Assembly: GCA_964016885.1 (NCBI GenBank)
Contig: OZ024743.1
Span: 312,976,001-313,040,000 of the forward strand
DNA: 64,000 bases
DNA from: Eledone cirrhosa
Lineage: Eukaryota
Direction: 5' to 3'
The notes under the pieces were generated by a model, which had not been told where the DNA came from, made no database searches, and saw only the letters and a program-made list of their open reading frames with translations. The translations under genes and the position numbers were made by a program. The number at the start of each line of letters is the position of its first letter. Position 1 is the stretch's first letter. Of this stretch, positions 26,700-39,082 are shown piece after piece.

Positions 26700-27030
26700 T
26701 TTACCAGCATGATAATGCTGCCAATTTCTTACAGATTCAATAATCAGATATGCCTCATTTTCCATGGCACAATACTGACATACTCTGCATCAATCAAACT
26801 ACTTGAAAAGAATACTGCAACAGGTCGTCCATCTTCATTTAAAGTAGCAACAATCATTTAAGTAGAGGCATATCTCTTTCTACAGTAAATGGTAAATTTT
26901 CATCAAACAATGCCACAGCAGAACAAACTACGATGCCTTGTATATTGAATAGTGTACTTATAACAACCTTCGACAACAATGTTAACATTTGTTAAAGCTT
27001 GAATAGATTCAGAAAACCTTGAAATCCAAC
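26700..27030 (-). mobile_element. Old Gypsy RNase H remnant
   Basis: DENLPFTVE.., ATLNEDGRPVA.FF, ENEAYLIIESVRNWQHY across frameshifts. Confidence 0.7.
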
Positions 27031-29060
27031 AAGATTAGTATGAAAACACACTTGTCATACTGAGGAGTTTAATAGCGTATCTAATTGTGTACAACCAAAA
27101 TTTCATAGTATGAGAAGAAAATCCAAACCTGTTCTGTATGAGCAAGACATAGTCATCTGATCTAACTTGTCTCATAATGGGACAGCTTGTCTAACCCATG
27201 TTAGTGTGGAAAATAGATGTTAAATGGGGATGATGATGATGAATGATATTGAAAGATTTCAGTTGGTCAGCACAAAGATAATAGTAGAGCACTGCTCACC
27301 TCTGACACCACACTCCATTTTCCTTCTTTTGAAAAAGGTGTCCTTACCTTGAAATATCATAAAATATAAGGTAAAAGTGTAATCTGTTGTTTTGTTTTTC
27401 TTACTATATACTCTAGTGAAGGTATGTGGCTTAGTGGTTAGAGAATTGGATTCATAATTATATGGTTTTGAGTTTGATTCCCAGAGCAGGTGCTGCATTA
27501 TATCATTGAACAAGACACTTTATTTCACATTGCTCTTTCTGCCAGCCAGGAGTTACAACTGGTAGATAATATCAGCAATGGAATGACCAACAGAAACATT
27601 GCTTCCTTGGTCTGATTTGATGAATTCCATCCCACTCGATAAGCAAATGAGATCTGGGATCTTGTTAATTGCTTTAAAAAAATAGACAAAAAAAAACAAC
27701 AAAAAAACTCTACTTTTGTTTTCACTCTTGCATTTCTAACTTGCATTTTACCAGCTTTCCCAAAACAATCCTAACCATATATTTCATATAAACTATACCA
27801 ATATAATAATTTTATTCACCGTTTAGTCATGGATAGAAGGGTAGTACCCATAATATCTTTTAGTGCCTCTGGGACTGGAAGGAGGAAGGAAGTTAAGCAG
27901 AGTTAGATAGTAGATTAATCCACCTCCTAAATTTAACACCACCACTTGTTAATCCTTCACTTCTGACCTGATACTTTATTTATCAACCCTGAAAGGAGAA
28001 CAGATAAAGTTGACCATGGCAGTATTTGAGCTCAGAGGGAATGGAGTTGGAACAAACAGAGCAAAGCAGCTTGTTTGACATGCTAACAATTCCCCCAGTC
28101 TTCTATCTTTGGATTTGTATTTTATTTATCAACCTCAAAAAGATGAACGGCAAAAGTGAAGTTGACTATGGCAGAATTTAAAATCTGAGTAGAGGGTGAG
28201 CCAGAATAAATACTGCAAAACATTTAATCCTTTTGTTACAGTATTTCTACTACAATTAATTAATGAAAAAGTTTGAGGGATTTACAAAGGTTATTAATTA
28301 TTTCATTACTAAAATAGTATCTTAACATATAGTTCTTATACAAAATTATATTGGAAAATTTTAATTTAAATAGGAATCTTTGAAAATAGGCAGTTTTGCT
28401 TCATAGAATCAGAGCTGGTTTCAGGCAGTTTGGTAATGACAGGGTTATTAAACCAACTCTCGAATTTGCAGCATTGATTCTAATTTACTCTTACTGGTTT
28501 CAGTAATGTTCCTTGATAGAGTGCATAGCTTGAAGATCAGAGAGTTGCTCCAGGTAGAGCCACTACTTCTCTGAATTGAGAGATCACAGCTCCAGTGTTA
28601 CGGGCATGTGGTTTGATTGTCGCAAGAAAGAATCACGCAACAGATTTTATAGGCAAAACCAACTGGCAGGAGACCCAGGGCAAGATGCTTGGGCCCATCG
28701 ACTCTTCCAGGAATAAGTGGGAGGAGGAGGAGCTTAATTACAAGAAAATTAGTTATATGTATTACTAGATTCATTCTAATTCTTGATTATTTTCAAATTA
28801 TTTGAAAATCATAAGTAATGTCTTTCATTAGAAATGTGATAATAAAAAGGTTAAACATGCTTATCATTCTAGTTAGCAGCTGTTACACCTCTGAATTGAC
28901 TGTTTATAATAAACTGTTGCTAATACATGTAAATATTTATGGAAACTTCCATTTACAAACTGTACAGGAGTAATTAATCAATGTCTAACCATGGTTTTGT
29001 GGGTTAAACAAACATAGCTTTTAGCACTGCAATGCTTCTTCAATATACTATAATATAAGT

Positions 29061-31982
29061 CAGGGGTCGGCAACCTTTTGGAGAGAGAGAGGGCCAAACA
29101 GCTATGCAGTGTCATGGAGGAGGGCCATGTTATTAAATATGTAAATAAATTTTCTGGAGGTTTAAAGCAAAACAAGGAATTTAATATAATTTTATTTTAC
29201 TGTAGGAGTAACAAAAAAAAAAAGAAAAAAAACTACAAACACATTCAACAAAAAAAAAGCAAATTCCTGCAGGAATAACAGAAAAACAACTACTATTACA
29301 ATCAACAAAAAAAAAAAAGCAAACTCCTTGCTACAAACGAAATACAGTTAGAAATGGTAAATGATTTAATGAGACACTTGTTTCTGCTTATTGTGCGATA
29401 ACTTCTCCACATCAGGTGAAATATTTGTCGATGACAGGAGCAAAACATCATCCAGGTGGTCGTCATGCAACCTTGTTCTTAAATGACTTTTAGTATATTT
29501 CATTTTGGAAAAAAGTTGTTCACAAGCATATGTACTTCCAAATAATGATATCATCAGTTTCGCATTAGTCAAGATGTTTTTATATTTTCTGTTTGGCAAT
29601 ATATATTTCTTGTAGAAGTCAGCAGTGAATTCGAACTGAAATTTTGATTTCAAAGATTCGTTGCACTGTAAGTCAATTAACTCCAACTGATATTCTTCTG
29701 TTTCGTAAGGAGTACCAAATATCTTAAATAGAGTTCCATATTGCCGGAAGTCAGCAAAACGAGAGGAAAACTCGCTTCTCAAATCCTTAATAGAGCTCAC
29801 AAAAATGTCTGGTATTATATCTCTCTTGTGATTTTGGAGACTTGGGAAATGAGAGTAGTTTCCTTTTTGAAGTTGTGATTCCCACAGTCGAAGTTTTCTC
29901 TCAAAAGCAGTAATTTGACCAAACATCTCAAATACAACCTTGTTCTTTCCTTGAAGCTCAAGATTCAAAGTGTTCATGTGGGTCGTGATGTCCACTAAAA
30001 AAGCTAACTTGACAACCCACTGTGGATCCTGATAGTAAGAATTATCTTGGTCTTTGCTCTCTAAAAACATAGAAATCTCTTCTCTCAATGCATATACTCG
30101 TTCTATCATTTTTCCACGGCTAAGCCATCGAACATTTGAAAAATATTCGTACGGTCGCCATACTCTGCTTCAATTTGTTTTAGAAATTCTTGAAACTGGC
30201 TGTAATTTAGTCCTCTTGACAGTATAAAATTCACTGTTTTCACGACCACTGCCATGATGTCCTTAAAATTCAGTGACTTTGCACATAATGCTTCTTGATG
30301 AATAATGCAATGAAGCTTGATTAGTTTTTGATCAATACCGATGTGGTTTTGGAGCAATGCAACAAACCCCTTTTTCTCTCCAACCATTGCTGGTGCTCCA
30401 TCTGTGACTACTCCAGAAAGCTTTGATAAATCCAGATTCATTTCGGTAATCCATTTTATTATGCTTTCCAAAATATCTGCTCCAGTGCTAGTGTCCTTCA
30501 TAGGAATCAATTGTACACATTCTTCCACAATGTCAAATGTTGGTGTTACACCCCTCACAAACACTGCAAGTTGACAAGTATCCGTCATATCTGTGGTTTC
30601 ATCGATAGCAATGGAATAATATTCCAGATTATTTAAAATGCCCTCCAAGCCACTTCTGACATTTGCTGCCAGCTCTTCAATTCGCCTTGTTACTGTTCTT
30701 GCCGATAAGCTGATCTCAGAAAATAATTCCCTTTTTTCTGGACAAACAACATCTGCTACCTTCAACAATAATTCTTTGAAGAAATCTCCATCAGTAAAAG
30801 GTTTCATCCTTTCTGCAATTAGATTTGACACCTCGTAGCTAGCACGAGTGTTTCGGTCACTTTCTTCAACTTTTCTAGTGAAAAAGGATGATTGCTTTGT
30901 TACATTATTTCTCAGCCGTGTAACTTCATTTACTCGTGCTTTTCCAGTAAAACTGTTGTAATGATTATGACGAGTTTCATAGTGCCGTTTAATATTTGAA
31001 ACTTTCTTCATGGCAATGGTTTCTTGACAAATTAAGCAAACACATTTTCCGAAGTGCTCAATGAAAAAATAGATAAGTGTCCAGCCATTGCTAAAAGTTT
31101 GGCACTCCAAATCCACTTTTCTTTTCTTAGCTTCCATGGGCTTGTTTTTGTTCAAACAAAAAAGATTTATGGAAAGGAAAAGGAACAAGTATAATAATCA
31201 GAATGAAGAAATAAGAAACAATGAAAACAAATGTAAATGCAAATACAGTAATGCGATAAAATATGATAATTGTGAATAAATTATATAAAACCAGGTTTCT
31301 AACAACGTTGTTAGATCAGGGTTACCATTTGTTTTTTAAACCACTTTTGGCCTAATTCTAATAATAATAATTCACACAATTTATCACAAATAATTAAATA
31401 AACGTTATTATCGAATAAAGATACCTACTGTATAGTTGTTATACCACCAGACAACAAACTCAAATGAAAATATTCTGGGAAGGAGGGAACAAAGTAATTT
31501 TTCCAAGGACATCTTTACCTTGTGCCGGGGGCACAGGTAAGGTCAGGCAAATGAAGACGACAATAATTCACGAGTGATTTTATTGAATGACAATATGGGT
31601 ATAAAAGCGAGGCATGCAAACCGTAGGTAGTATACCTTCCAGTCGCTGACGAAAATGCATACTTCCAGCCAACATTTGTGTTTGTTGACTGGAACAAAAA
31701 CACATACATGAAATCACAGGAAATAATAATACAGGTGATATAATGCTTGGCGGAAAGCCCAGAAAAAGATGGATAAGAGGAAAAGGTTTCAAAGGTATCT
31801 GTAGATATATACGGTATGAGCAGCGATTTGTGATGGGCATCAGGTCGGCACAACCTTGAAGTGAACTACTGTATCTGTATTCGATACTAATTAGATAATT
31901 ACTGTCCAGTGTAAGATGGCGAGCCGGACAAAAATCACTCGAGGCCGGATGTGGCCTGCGGGCCGGGGTTTGCTGACCCCTG
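29061..31982 (-). mobile_element. Near-intact hAT transposon (SPIN/GTF2IRD2-like), 2.92 kb
   Basis: TIRs CAGGGGTCGGCAA / TTTGCTGACCCCTG; TSD ATATAAGT / ATATATGT (7/8). Confidence 0.93.
29366..31137 (-). pseudogene. hAT transposase with a single frameshift near 30150
   Basis: BED-like CLIC..RHYETRH, IDETTD, TDGAPAM, HCIIH, VRWLSRG (shifted frame), STYACEQLFS. Confidence 0.9.
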
Positions 31983-31989
31983 ATATATG

Positions 31990-32390
31990 TAATTCTAAGT
32001 AAGCCCATGTCATTTCAAAGGGAGAACAATGATTTCATTGTGAGTACATATCACTTTAAAACTAGAATAACGATTTCAAAATGAGAACGACAATTTCAGA
32101 GAGAGCACATATCACTGCAGTAGAAATTTTATAACTAATACATTGTTGAATTACTCATTAAAAATTTGTAATTCTAAGTGAGTCCATGTCCTTTTGAAGT
32201 GAGAATAGTAATTTCACTGTGAGAACATCACTTCAGAGTGAGAGTAACAATATCAAAGTGAGAACAGTGATTTTAAAATGAGCACATATCACTGAAATAG
32301 TCTCTTATTACTAATACTTCTTTAATATTTGTAATTCAAAGTGAACCCATCTAATTTCAAAGTGAACCCATTTAATTTCAAAGTGACAAT
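31990..32390 (+). repeat. Diverged tandem repeat (tttcaaagtgaga-type subunits)
   Basis: Recurring ~20-bp subunits in ~165-bp blocks starting tgtaattc. Confidence 0.55.
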
Positions 32391-32724
32391 AGCTAGATAC
32401 TTCTAATCAAATGTGATGAATATATTTCAGTAAATTTACAGAACAACACCCTTCTCCCATCTGGTGGGAAATTGTTTATTTTCCTAGTTTTTTCCGTGTG
32501 TTATCTCAAGAATCTGATCTCTAAATATGTAAAAAAACGACTCATTTTTGAAAACAAGGAAGGAGCAAGGAAAGGAGGAAAGGAGTTTTCTTTACAATTG
32601 ATTTTGTTCTGGAGAGTCTTTTGGGTGTTTTCAATGAATCTGAATTGAAACTGTTGCAAATTATTTATTCTTCAGTGAACTGTATCTAACAATAAATGTT
32701 GGAAGGTTAGGGCAGTTAGAGCAT

Positions 32725-34085
32725 ATCATCATCATCATTTTACGTCCACTTTTCCCTGCTTGCAAGGGTTGGACGGATCCTATTCAGCACAGCATCTCTC
32801 CACTTGTCACGGTCCTTCGTCATCTCCTCGGTGAGTTTCAGCGATCTGAGGTCTGCTCTCACCACCTCCGCCCATGTTTTTCGTGGTCTACTTCTACTGC
32901 GTCTTCCCTCCACTGGGACTTCCTGGCACTTCTTCACCCAGCGGTCATCCTCCATGTGCATCACATGTCCATACCATCTCAGCCTTCTCTCCTGCACACC
33001 ACAACTTATCCCTCTTATACCCAGTTTCTTTCTCAACTTGTCTATGCTTGGTCGTTCACGCACATTGACATTGCACATCCAACGGAGCATACTTGCTTCA
33101 TTTCTCTCCAGCTGTCGCATATCTTCTGCAGTTGCTGCCCATGTCTCACTACCATGCAGCATTGCGCATCTCACACAGGCATCATATAACCGTCCTTTTG
33201 TATGCAGGGAGAAACCCTTCTTTGTCAACAGAGGAAGCAGCTCCCTAAACTTCTTCCAACCTGTCCTTATTCTAGATACTATGGCCTCGGAACATCCCCG
33301 CCCATGCTAATCTGATCACCTAGGTACCGAAAGCTATCAACCACTTCTATAGAACCCACCTGCATTGGAAGAATGAGTATCACAGCGATTACTACTGCCA
33401 ACTTTCCCTGTACATCTACTGCATACGTAGTTTTCCCTACCCGTTAGTTTGCCTGCTATCCCACTACATCTCGTGTGTACCGAAGATCTGCATTGCGTAC
33501 ATTTTATGGAATTTATGCCAGTTCCTTTCCTACACATCGAACATGGCCATTTCCCTGATGGAATCAGAGTATTGTCCTCTCTTCTACTTATCAACGCCTT
33601 TGTTTTAGCTATGTTCACTCTCAGGCCTCTTGATTCCAACTGCTGTTTCCATAGCCATAATTTATTCTCTAGCTCCTTTACTGATTCTGCTATAAGAACC
33701 AGATCATCAGCATAGAGAAGTTCCCATGGGCATCCAGTCTTAAACTCCTCTGTTATGGCTTGGAGGACTATAATGAACAAGAGTGGGCTGAGGACAGAAC
33801 CTTGATGTACACCTACTTGTATCTGGAATTCCTCACTAAACTCCATTCCTATTCTCACTTTACTGACAGTACCCCTGTACATAGCTTGCACTGTCCTCAC
33901 AAGCCATTCCTCTACACCTAGTTTCCTTAGAGACCACCAGATGACAGATCGGAGATCAGAGTACCCTATCAAAGGCCTTCTCTAGGTCAACAAAAGCTAA
34001 ATATAGTGGCTTATTCTTCTCTAAGAACCTCTCTTGTAGTTGCCTCACTATGAAGAGGGCATCTGTTGTACTTTTCCGAGGCACG
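32725..34085 (-). mobile_element. 5'-truncated RTE LINE
   Basis: FVDLEKAFD, GVHQGSVLSP, YADD, Cys-rich insert, (GAT)n tail. Confidence 0.93.
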
Positions 34086-34089
34086 GAGG

Positions 34090-34580
34090 GTGCAGCAAAA
34101 CTTCTGAGCCAAATTAGTAATTTCTGCCACATTTATAAAAAGTATGCTGTCTGGCATTGTCGTGATGAAAGATAATGCCCTTACAATTAGTAAATGGTGG
34201 ACGCTTCTGGTGGATCACTGCATTTAATTTGTCCCAGATAGTCACTGTGTACATTTGAATTGATAGTCATGTCCACGAGAAGAAGCTCTAAAAGACATCT
34301 CTTTATCAATCCCACTAAATTGAAAGCATAGCCTTTTTTGGGTGAAGTCCTGCTCTGAAGGTTGTTTGTGGTAGTTTGCTGTACTTCCTCCATGATTGTT
34401 TGTGCTTCATATTGTTATAGACAATCTATTTTCTGTCCTCTCTCCCCATTCTTTTAAAAAAAGGATCATTTTTTTTTTCATGTTTCTGGAACAAATTGCC
34501 ATTGGGTGAGGTTAGCCTCATTCAATTGATGTGGGATCAAAATATTCAGCCCATTAATGTAAACAAGTTAATGCAGATGG
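34090..34580 (-). mobile_element. Mariner catalytic-domain remnant
   Basis: LHPKK.ML, ELL...TINS, KGIIFHHDNARQH motifs. Confidence 0.75.
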
Positions 34581-34759
34581 CTTTCAACACTCAATTTGGA
34601 TAGGGGGCCCTGGCTCAGGTAAAAATCCCCGCAATGTTGGAACCAGCTGCATTGTCCAGGGTTGATGAGAAGAGACAAGAAAGTTTTACTTTTTGGCCCT
34701 GGATAAGAGTTAGATATCTCATTTAGGATGCCGCAATCAGTGATTCTTTTACTACTTCC

Positions 34760-35040
34760 CACATCCTAGATGCAACAGTAAACAGGAAGGTCACCGCTTC
34801 TGTAGTCGAATAGAATAAAAGTACTGGGAATTATTGACAAGCTATTTTTTCCAGCATGTAGCTTTCAAGATGTTTGGAGGAACTGAACCACCGACAACGA
34901 AGTTCTTGTCATCGCTGACAGCTCACCTTATTGAAATATCAAGTGATGCTCATGAAGGTGTTTGGTTGTTCCAGACCCTTAACCTCACTATCACCCGTGG
35001 TAACACTGCCAGTGTACTGGCTTGCATCCAAAAGTATTAG
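34760..35040 (+). mobile_element. CRE/NeSL-like non-LTR element, restriction-like endonuclease C-terminus
   Basis: FQHVAFKMFGG...FL..L...EGVWLFQTLNLTITRGNTASVL motif. Confidence 0.6.
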
Positions 35041-35089
35041 AAGGAGGTTCCAACACCCCTTGTGGTGTGTTACTGATTGACACAGTTTT

Positions 35090-35525
35090 GCTTGATAGTG
35101 AGACATGGGCAGTAACTGCAGAAGATATGCAATGGCTAGAGAGAAATGAAGCAATTATGCTCCGTTGGATGTGCAATGTCTATGTGCATGAACGACCAAG
35201 CATAGACGAGTTGAGAAAGAAACTGGGTATAAGAAGGATAAGTTGTGGTGTACAGGAGAGAAGGCTGAGATGGTATGGACATGTGATGCGTATGGAGGAT
35301 GACCGATGGGTGAAGAAGTGCCAGGAAGTCCCAGTAGAAGGAAGACGCAGTAGAGGTAGACCACGAAAAACATGGGTGGGGGTGGTGAGAGCAGACCTCA
35401 GATCGCTGAAACTCACCTAGGAGATGACGAAAGACCATGACAAGTGGAGAGATGCTGTGCTGAATAGGACCCGTCCAACCCTTGCAAGCAGGGAAAAACG
35501 GACATAAAATGATGATGATGATGAT
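35090..35525 (+). mobile_element. RTE LINE 3' fragment
   Basis: Highly similar to 32725-33155 in opposite orientation. Confidence 0.9.
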
Positions 35526-35699
35526 TTTAATGTGAAATATTTATGTAATTAAGTAATAGAGATGTATCTGTGTATATGTTGAATTTTGACAGCTATGGCA
35601 TTTGTGATTCTAATTTCAAGCTATCTATATTGTCAACATATTTATTTTGGAAAAAATGTGAACTTTGCTATTATGTCATCATTTATTTCGATATAATAA

Positions 35700-35952
35700 A
35701 GATTTGGATATTTAGAGAATATCTGTGATCATCCTGGTCATATAACAGGGATTGGTGTTGACTAACTCCATTTTGTTGCTGTCTCGCCGGTCAGAGTGAG
35801 GTACATCTTGAACTGAAAAATTTCCTAATTTGAATCTTGAAAACCACTTGAGGCACACAACTCCCATAACAGCATTCTTTCCATACACTGGTGCATATCT
35901 CTCTGCAAGTTTCTGTTGCTTTCTTGCAAAATGGAGTTTTGTGGCCCATTTT
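35700..35952 (-). mobile_element. Mariner N-terminal HTH remnant
   Basis: VYGKNAV...CLKWFSRFKLGNFSVQD.P.S; KKATETCREIC in an adjacent frame. Confidence 0.8.
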
Positions 35953-36525
35953 TCAGCCTGGGCCAAACAATCTTTCTTGTCTGAGATAACAACTTGAAAA
36001 AATTGTCTTGATTTTGCAGCCATGGCTGCAAAAGTGCTGCTGTTGTTACTCATTTTGTTGTTGTTCACACTGTTGTTGTTGCTGCTGCTGTTAGTGCTGT
36101 CATTGTTCTCGTTATTGTTGTTGGTGTTGATAGTTTTATTCATTTCGTTAGTGGCTTTGGTGTTGTTGCTATTGTTGCTTTCATTTGTCTTGTTTTTATT
36201 GCTAGCGATACTGCCTAAAGTGGTGGTAGTTTTCATAATGGTGGTGGCGGGGGACGTGTTACTCTTCTCAATATTTGAGCTGCTGTCAAGCAACAGCTGG
36301 CTCAATCTGAAGAGGTGTATTCCATCCAGATCTTTTGACAGAAAAAAAAATTATTTATAAAAATAAAGTTCAAATATTTGGGCTTTTGGCCCAGATATTG
36401 TGGGGTGTCATCTTTTAACAGGGAAATGAATGGCATCTTATATACAATTACTAACAAAAAATATTCAACAAATTCCACTTTAAAACAGTTCAAAATAACC
36501 AACCTTCTGGAGCTGATATGAACAT
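35712..36525 (-). CDS. Putative spliced gene (36525-36504 + 36331-35712, ~212 aa): MFISAPEDLDGIHLFRLSQLLL..., Asn/Thr-rich tract, C-terminus mariner HTH-like
   Basis: ATG at 36525; donor AG|gttggt at 36503; poly-T acceptor aaag at 36332; the phase-1 join is in frame with the 197-aa ORF. Extra acceptor at 36601 and donor at 37460 suggest UTR exons. Confidence 0.45.
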
Positions 36526-37378
36526 GTCCGTCGCGAATGGGAAATGAAACAGCAGCAGCAGCAGCAGCAGCAATAATAATAAATGAATTAATTAATTAAC
36601 CTTTAAACAAAAAAAAAACCTTAGAGTAGAACCATAAATATTAAACTGTACTGATGTCATTCGTTTACATACATTTTTTTAACACTACATCAATTTTTTT
36701 CCCATCATTTAAAAAGACACTTCCTTCCTTTCTTTTGTTTGTTTGTTTATTCTTCTTAATTTCTTTTATCTTTCTTATGTTTTATTTTATCTTATTTTTT
36801 CTTCTATCTTCTTAAAATGTCCATTATAGATTAGGAGATTAAAATGCTTGGCTAAATTATTAAGTGATATTGTGGAATGTCAAATTAATTACAGAATTGA
36901 TTGATTGAATATGGATTAAAAATTAAAAATAAAATAAAGAACATATCAACAAAACAGAAGTCTTCATTTCTATGATCAAATGAAAATGGCTTCCAACTGG
37001 AAATAAAAGAGAATTTCAAATTATATGCAAAAGATTTGGTTTTAATATTAAGATTATAGATTTCATTTTATTTTGCTTTCAGTGAAAGAGATTGCCTCGT
37101 AATGGAATCTAGTGTAAGTTACTTAGAAATACAAATAATCTCCTTCTTCAGTTGTTATATTAAGGGTCAATGTTGGCTTTGTGAATTAAAACTAAAATCA
37201 TCAATTCTGGAAATATTGATGCACTTTACCTTATTGTTGGATGTTTAGCGAGAACAACTAAGTAATGTGTGTGTGTGTGTACTGTGTATTTTGATGATAA
37301 TGATGGTATATGTTTATATTATATGTATGTAAGTATGTGTAAATATACATACATAATATATATATATAGACACACATT

Positions 37379-37409
<31 letters not shown>

Positions 37410-37645
37410 GTATATATACATAGCAATTATAATTGTGAAGAGAAAATAGACAAAATATACCTGATTATTTCATCAAAGACCCGACTGTGCAGTTTCGCCA
37501 AGTGGTACACACACACAGAATGCAATTAAAGTGCACAAGGGCCGTGAGGCTATTGGCTTTTCGAGTGACCCCTCAATGAAGGGATGAATTCTTGAACTGT
37601 GTAGCTATAGTATATTACCACAACAACAAATACCAACATATATAT

Positions 37646-37990
37646 ATGGAGGCACATGGCTTAGTGGTTAGAGCATTGGCCTTGCAATCGAAAGGTTGTG
37701 AGTTCAATTCTCAGACCGGGTGATGTGTTGTTTCCTTGAGCAAGACACTTTATTTCACATTGCTCCAGTTTACTCAGCTGTAGAAATGAGATGATAGGGA
37801 CTGGGGTCCCTATCATTCCACTGCAAAGTGGTCGTGGAGGTGCCACGGCAAAAAAGCACCCAGCACTCACTGTAAATGAGGTTGGTGTTAGGAAGGGCAT
37901 CCAGCTGTAGAAATCAAGCCAGAATCAGTTCCCGTCCCACCCTTGCAAGCAGGGAAAAGCGGACGTAAAATGAAATGATGAATGATGATG
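37646..37990 (+). mobile_element. Young tRNA-head/RTE-tail SINE, copy 2
   Basis: A box tggcttagtgg, B box gagttcaattct, ttgagcaagacactt core, (GAT)n tail. Confidence 0.88.
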
Positions 37991-39082
37991 ATATATGTAT
38001 TATATTTGTGTAAGTATATATATATGTGTGCATTATATTTGTATAAGTATATATATTTATAATATATTTACACTTTGTAAAGTGGTTGACATAATGAAGG
38101 GCATCCAGCAGTAGAAACCATGCCAAAATATGTAAGATACAAGCAAGGCATAGTTATCTAAGTAGACTTGTCTCAAACCATAATGACCCATCTAACCCAT
38201 GCTAACATGTAAAACAGACATAAAATTATAAAGATGAGATATATATGTAGGTATGTTTGCTTTTTAAAAATTATGCATCCATTCAACCAACTAATTTAAC
38301 TGCACAAAAACACACAATTTGTGAAGCTGATGGAGTAAACATGGTCTGTGATATTTGTGGACATATGTGTTTTTGAAGGTCTGGCCTCTTTAGTCTCCAA
38401 CGAAATTATAAAGTCAAACAAAAATTTCACTTCACAATAACAGATTGTATAACATGCAAGAAGTTCTGTAAATCTGTTGGTGGAAAAAAGAACTGTGTTC
38501 ATCATCATCACACTTAATGTCTATTTTCCATGATAGCACGTGTTACACGAGTTGTCTCGTAAGGCAAGTCATATCAGGTGACTGTCTTGCTCATAGAGAA
38601 CTGTTTCTGGCTTGGTTTCTATAGCTGGATGCCCTTCCTAATGACAACCACATTATAGTATGGACATTTATGGTTTATACAAAAAAATATACTTCTGTTT
38701 AGCAATGTACATATATGCAGCTTTGTTGTAAGGTCTGCCAAAAGGCATGTAAGAGTCTGGTGGAATTAAAGAACAATTGTTGAAAACACAATTCCTTTTT
38801 GTACTGTTGGCCATGTTATTCTCCACTTTGTCTATATATATATAATATAAATAATGTGTGTGTGAAGGCGTGTGGCTGAGTGGTTAGAGAACTGGATTCG
38901 CAATCGTGAGGTTGAGTTCGATTCCTGGACCAGGTGATGTGTTATGTCCTTGAGCAAGACACTTTATTTCACGTTGCTCCTTCTACCTGGAGTGGCGACC
39001 GATAGATAGTATTAGCAATTGGAAAGACCAACGGAAACATTGTTTCCTCGGTCTGATTTGACGAAAGTCGATCGAGAATAGC

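Noticed and set aside
36022-36360. Leu/Val-rich membrane-protein ORF on the + strand
   Set aside because: Antisense reading of the (AAC)n-rich exon; splice signals support the minus strand.
37646-37720. tRNA-Cys gene
   Set aside because: No proper acceptor stem; continues into a SINE body repeated five times.
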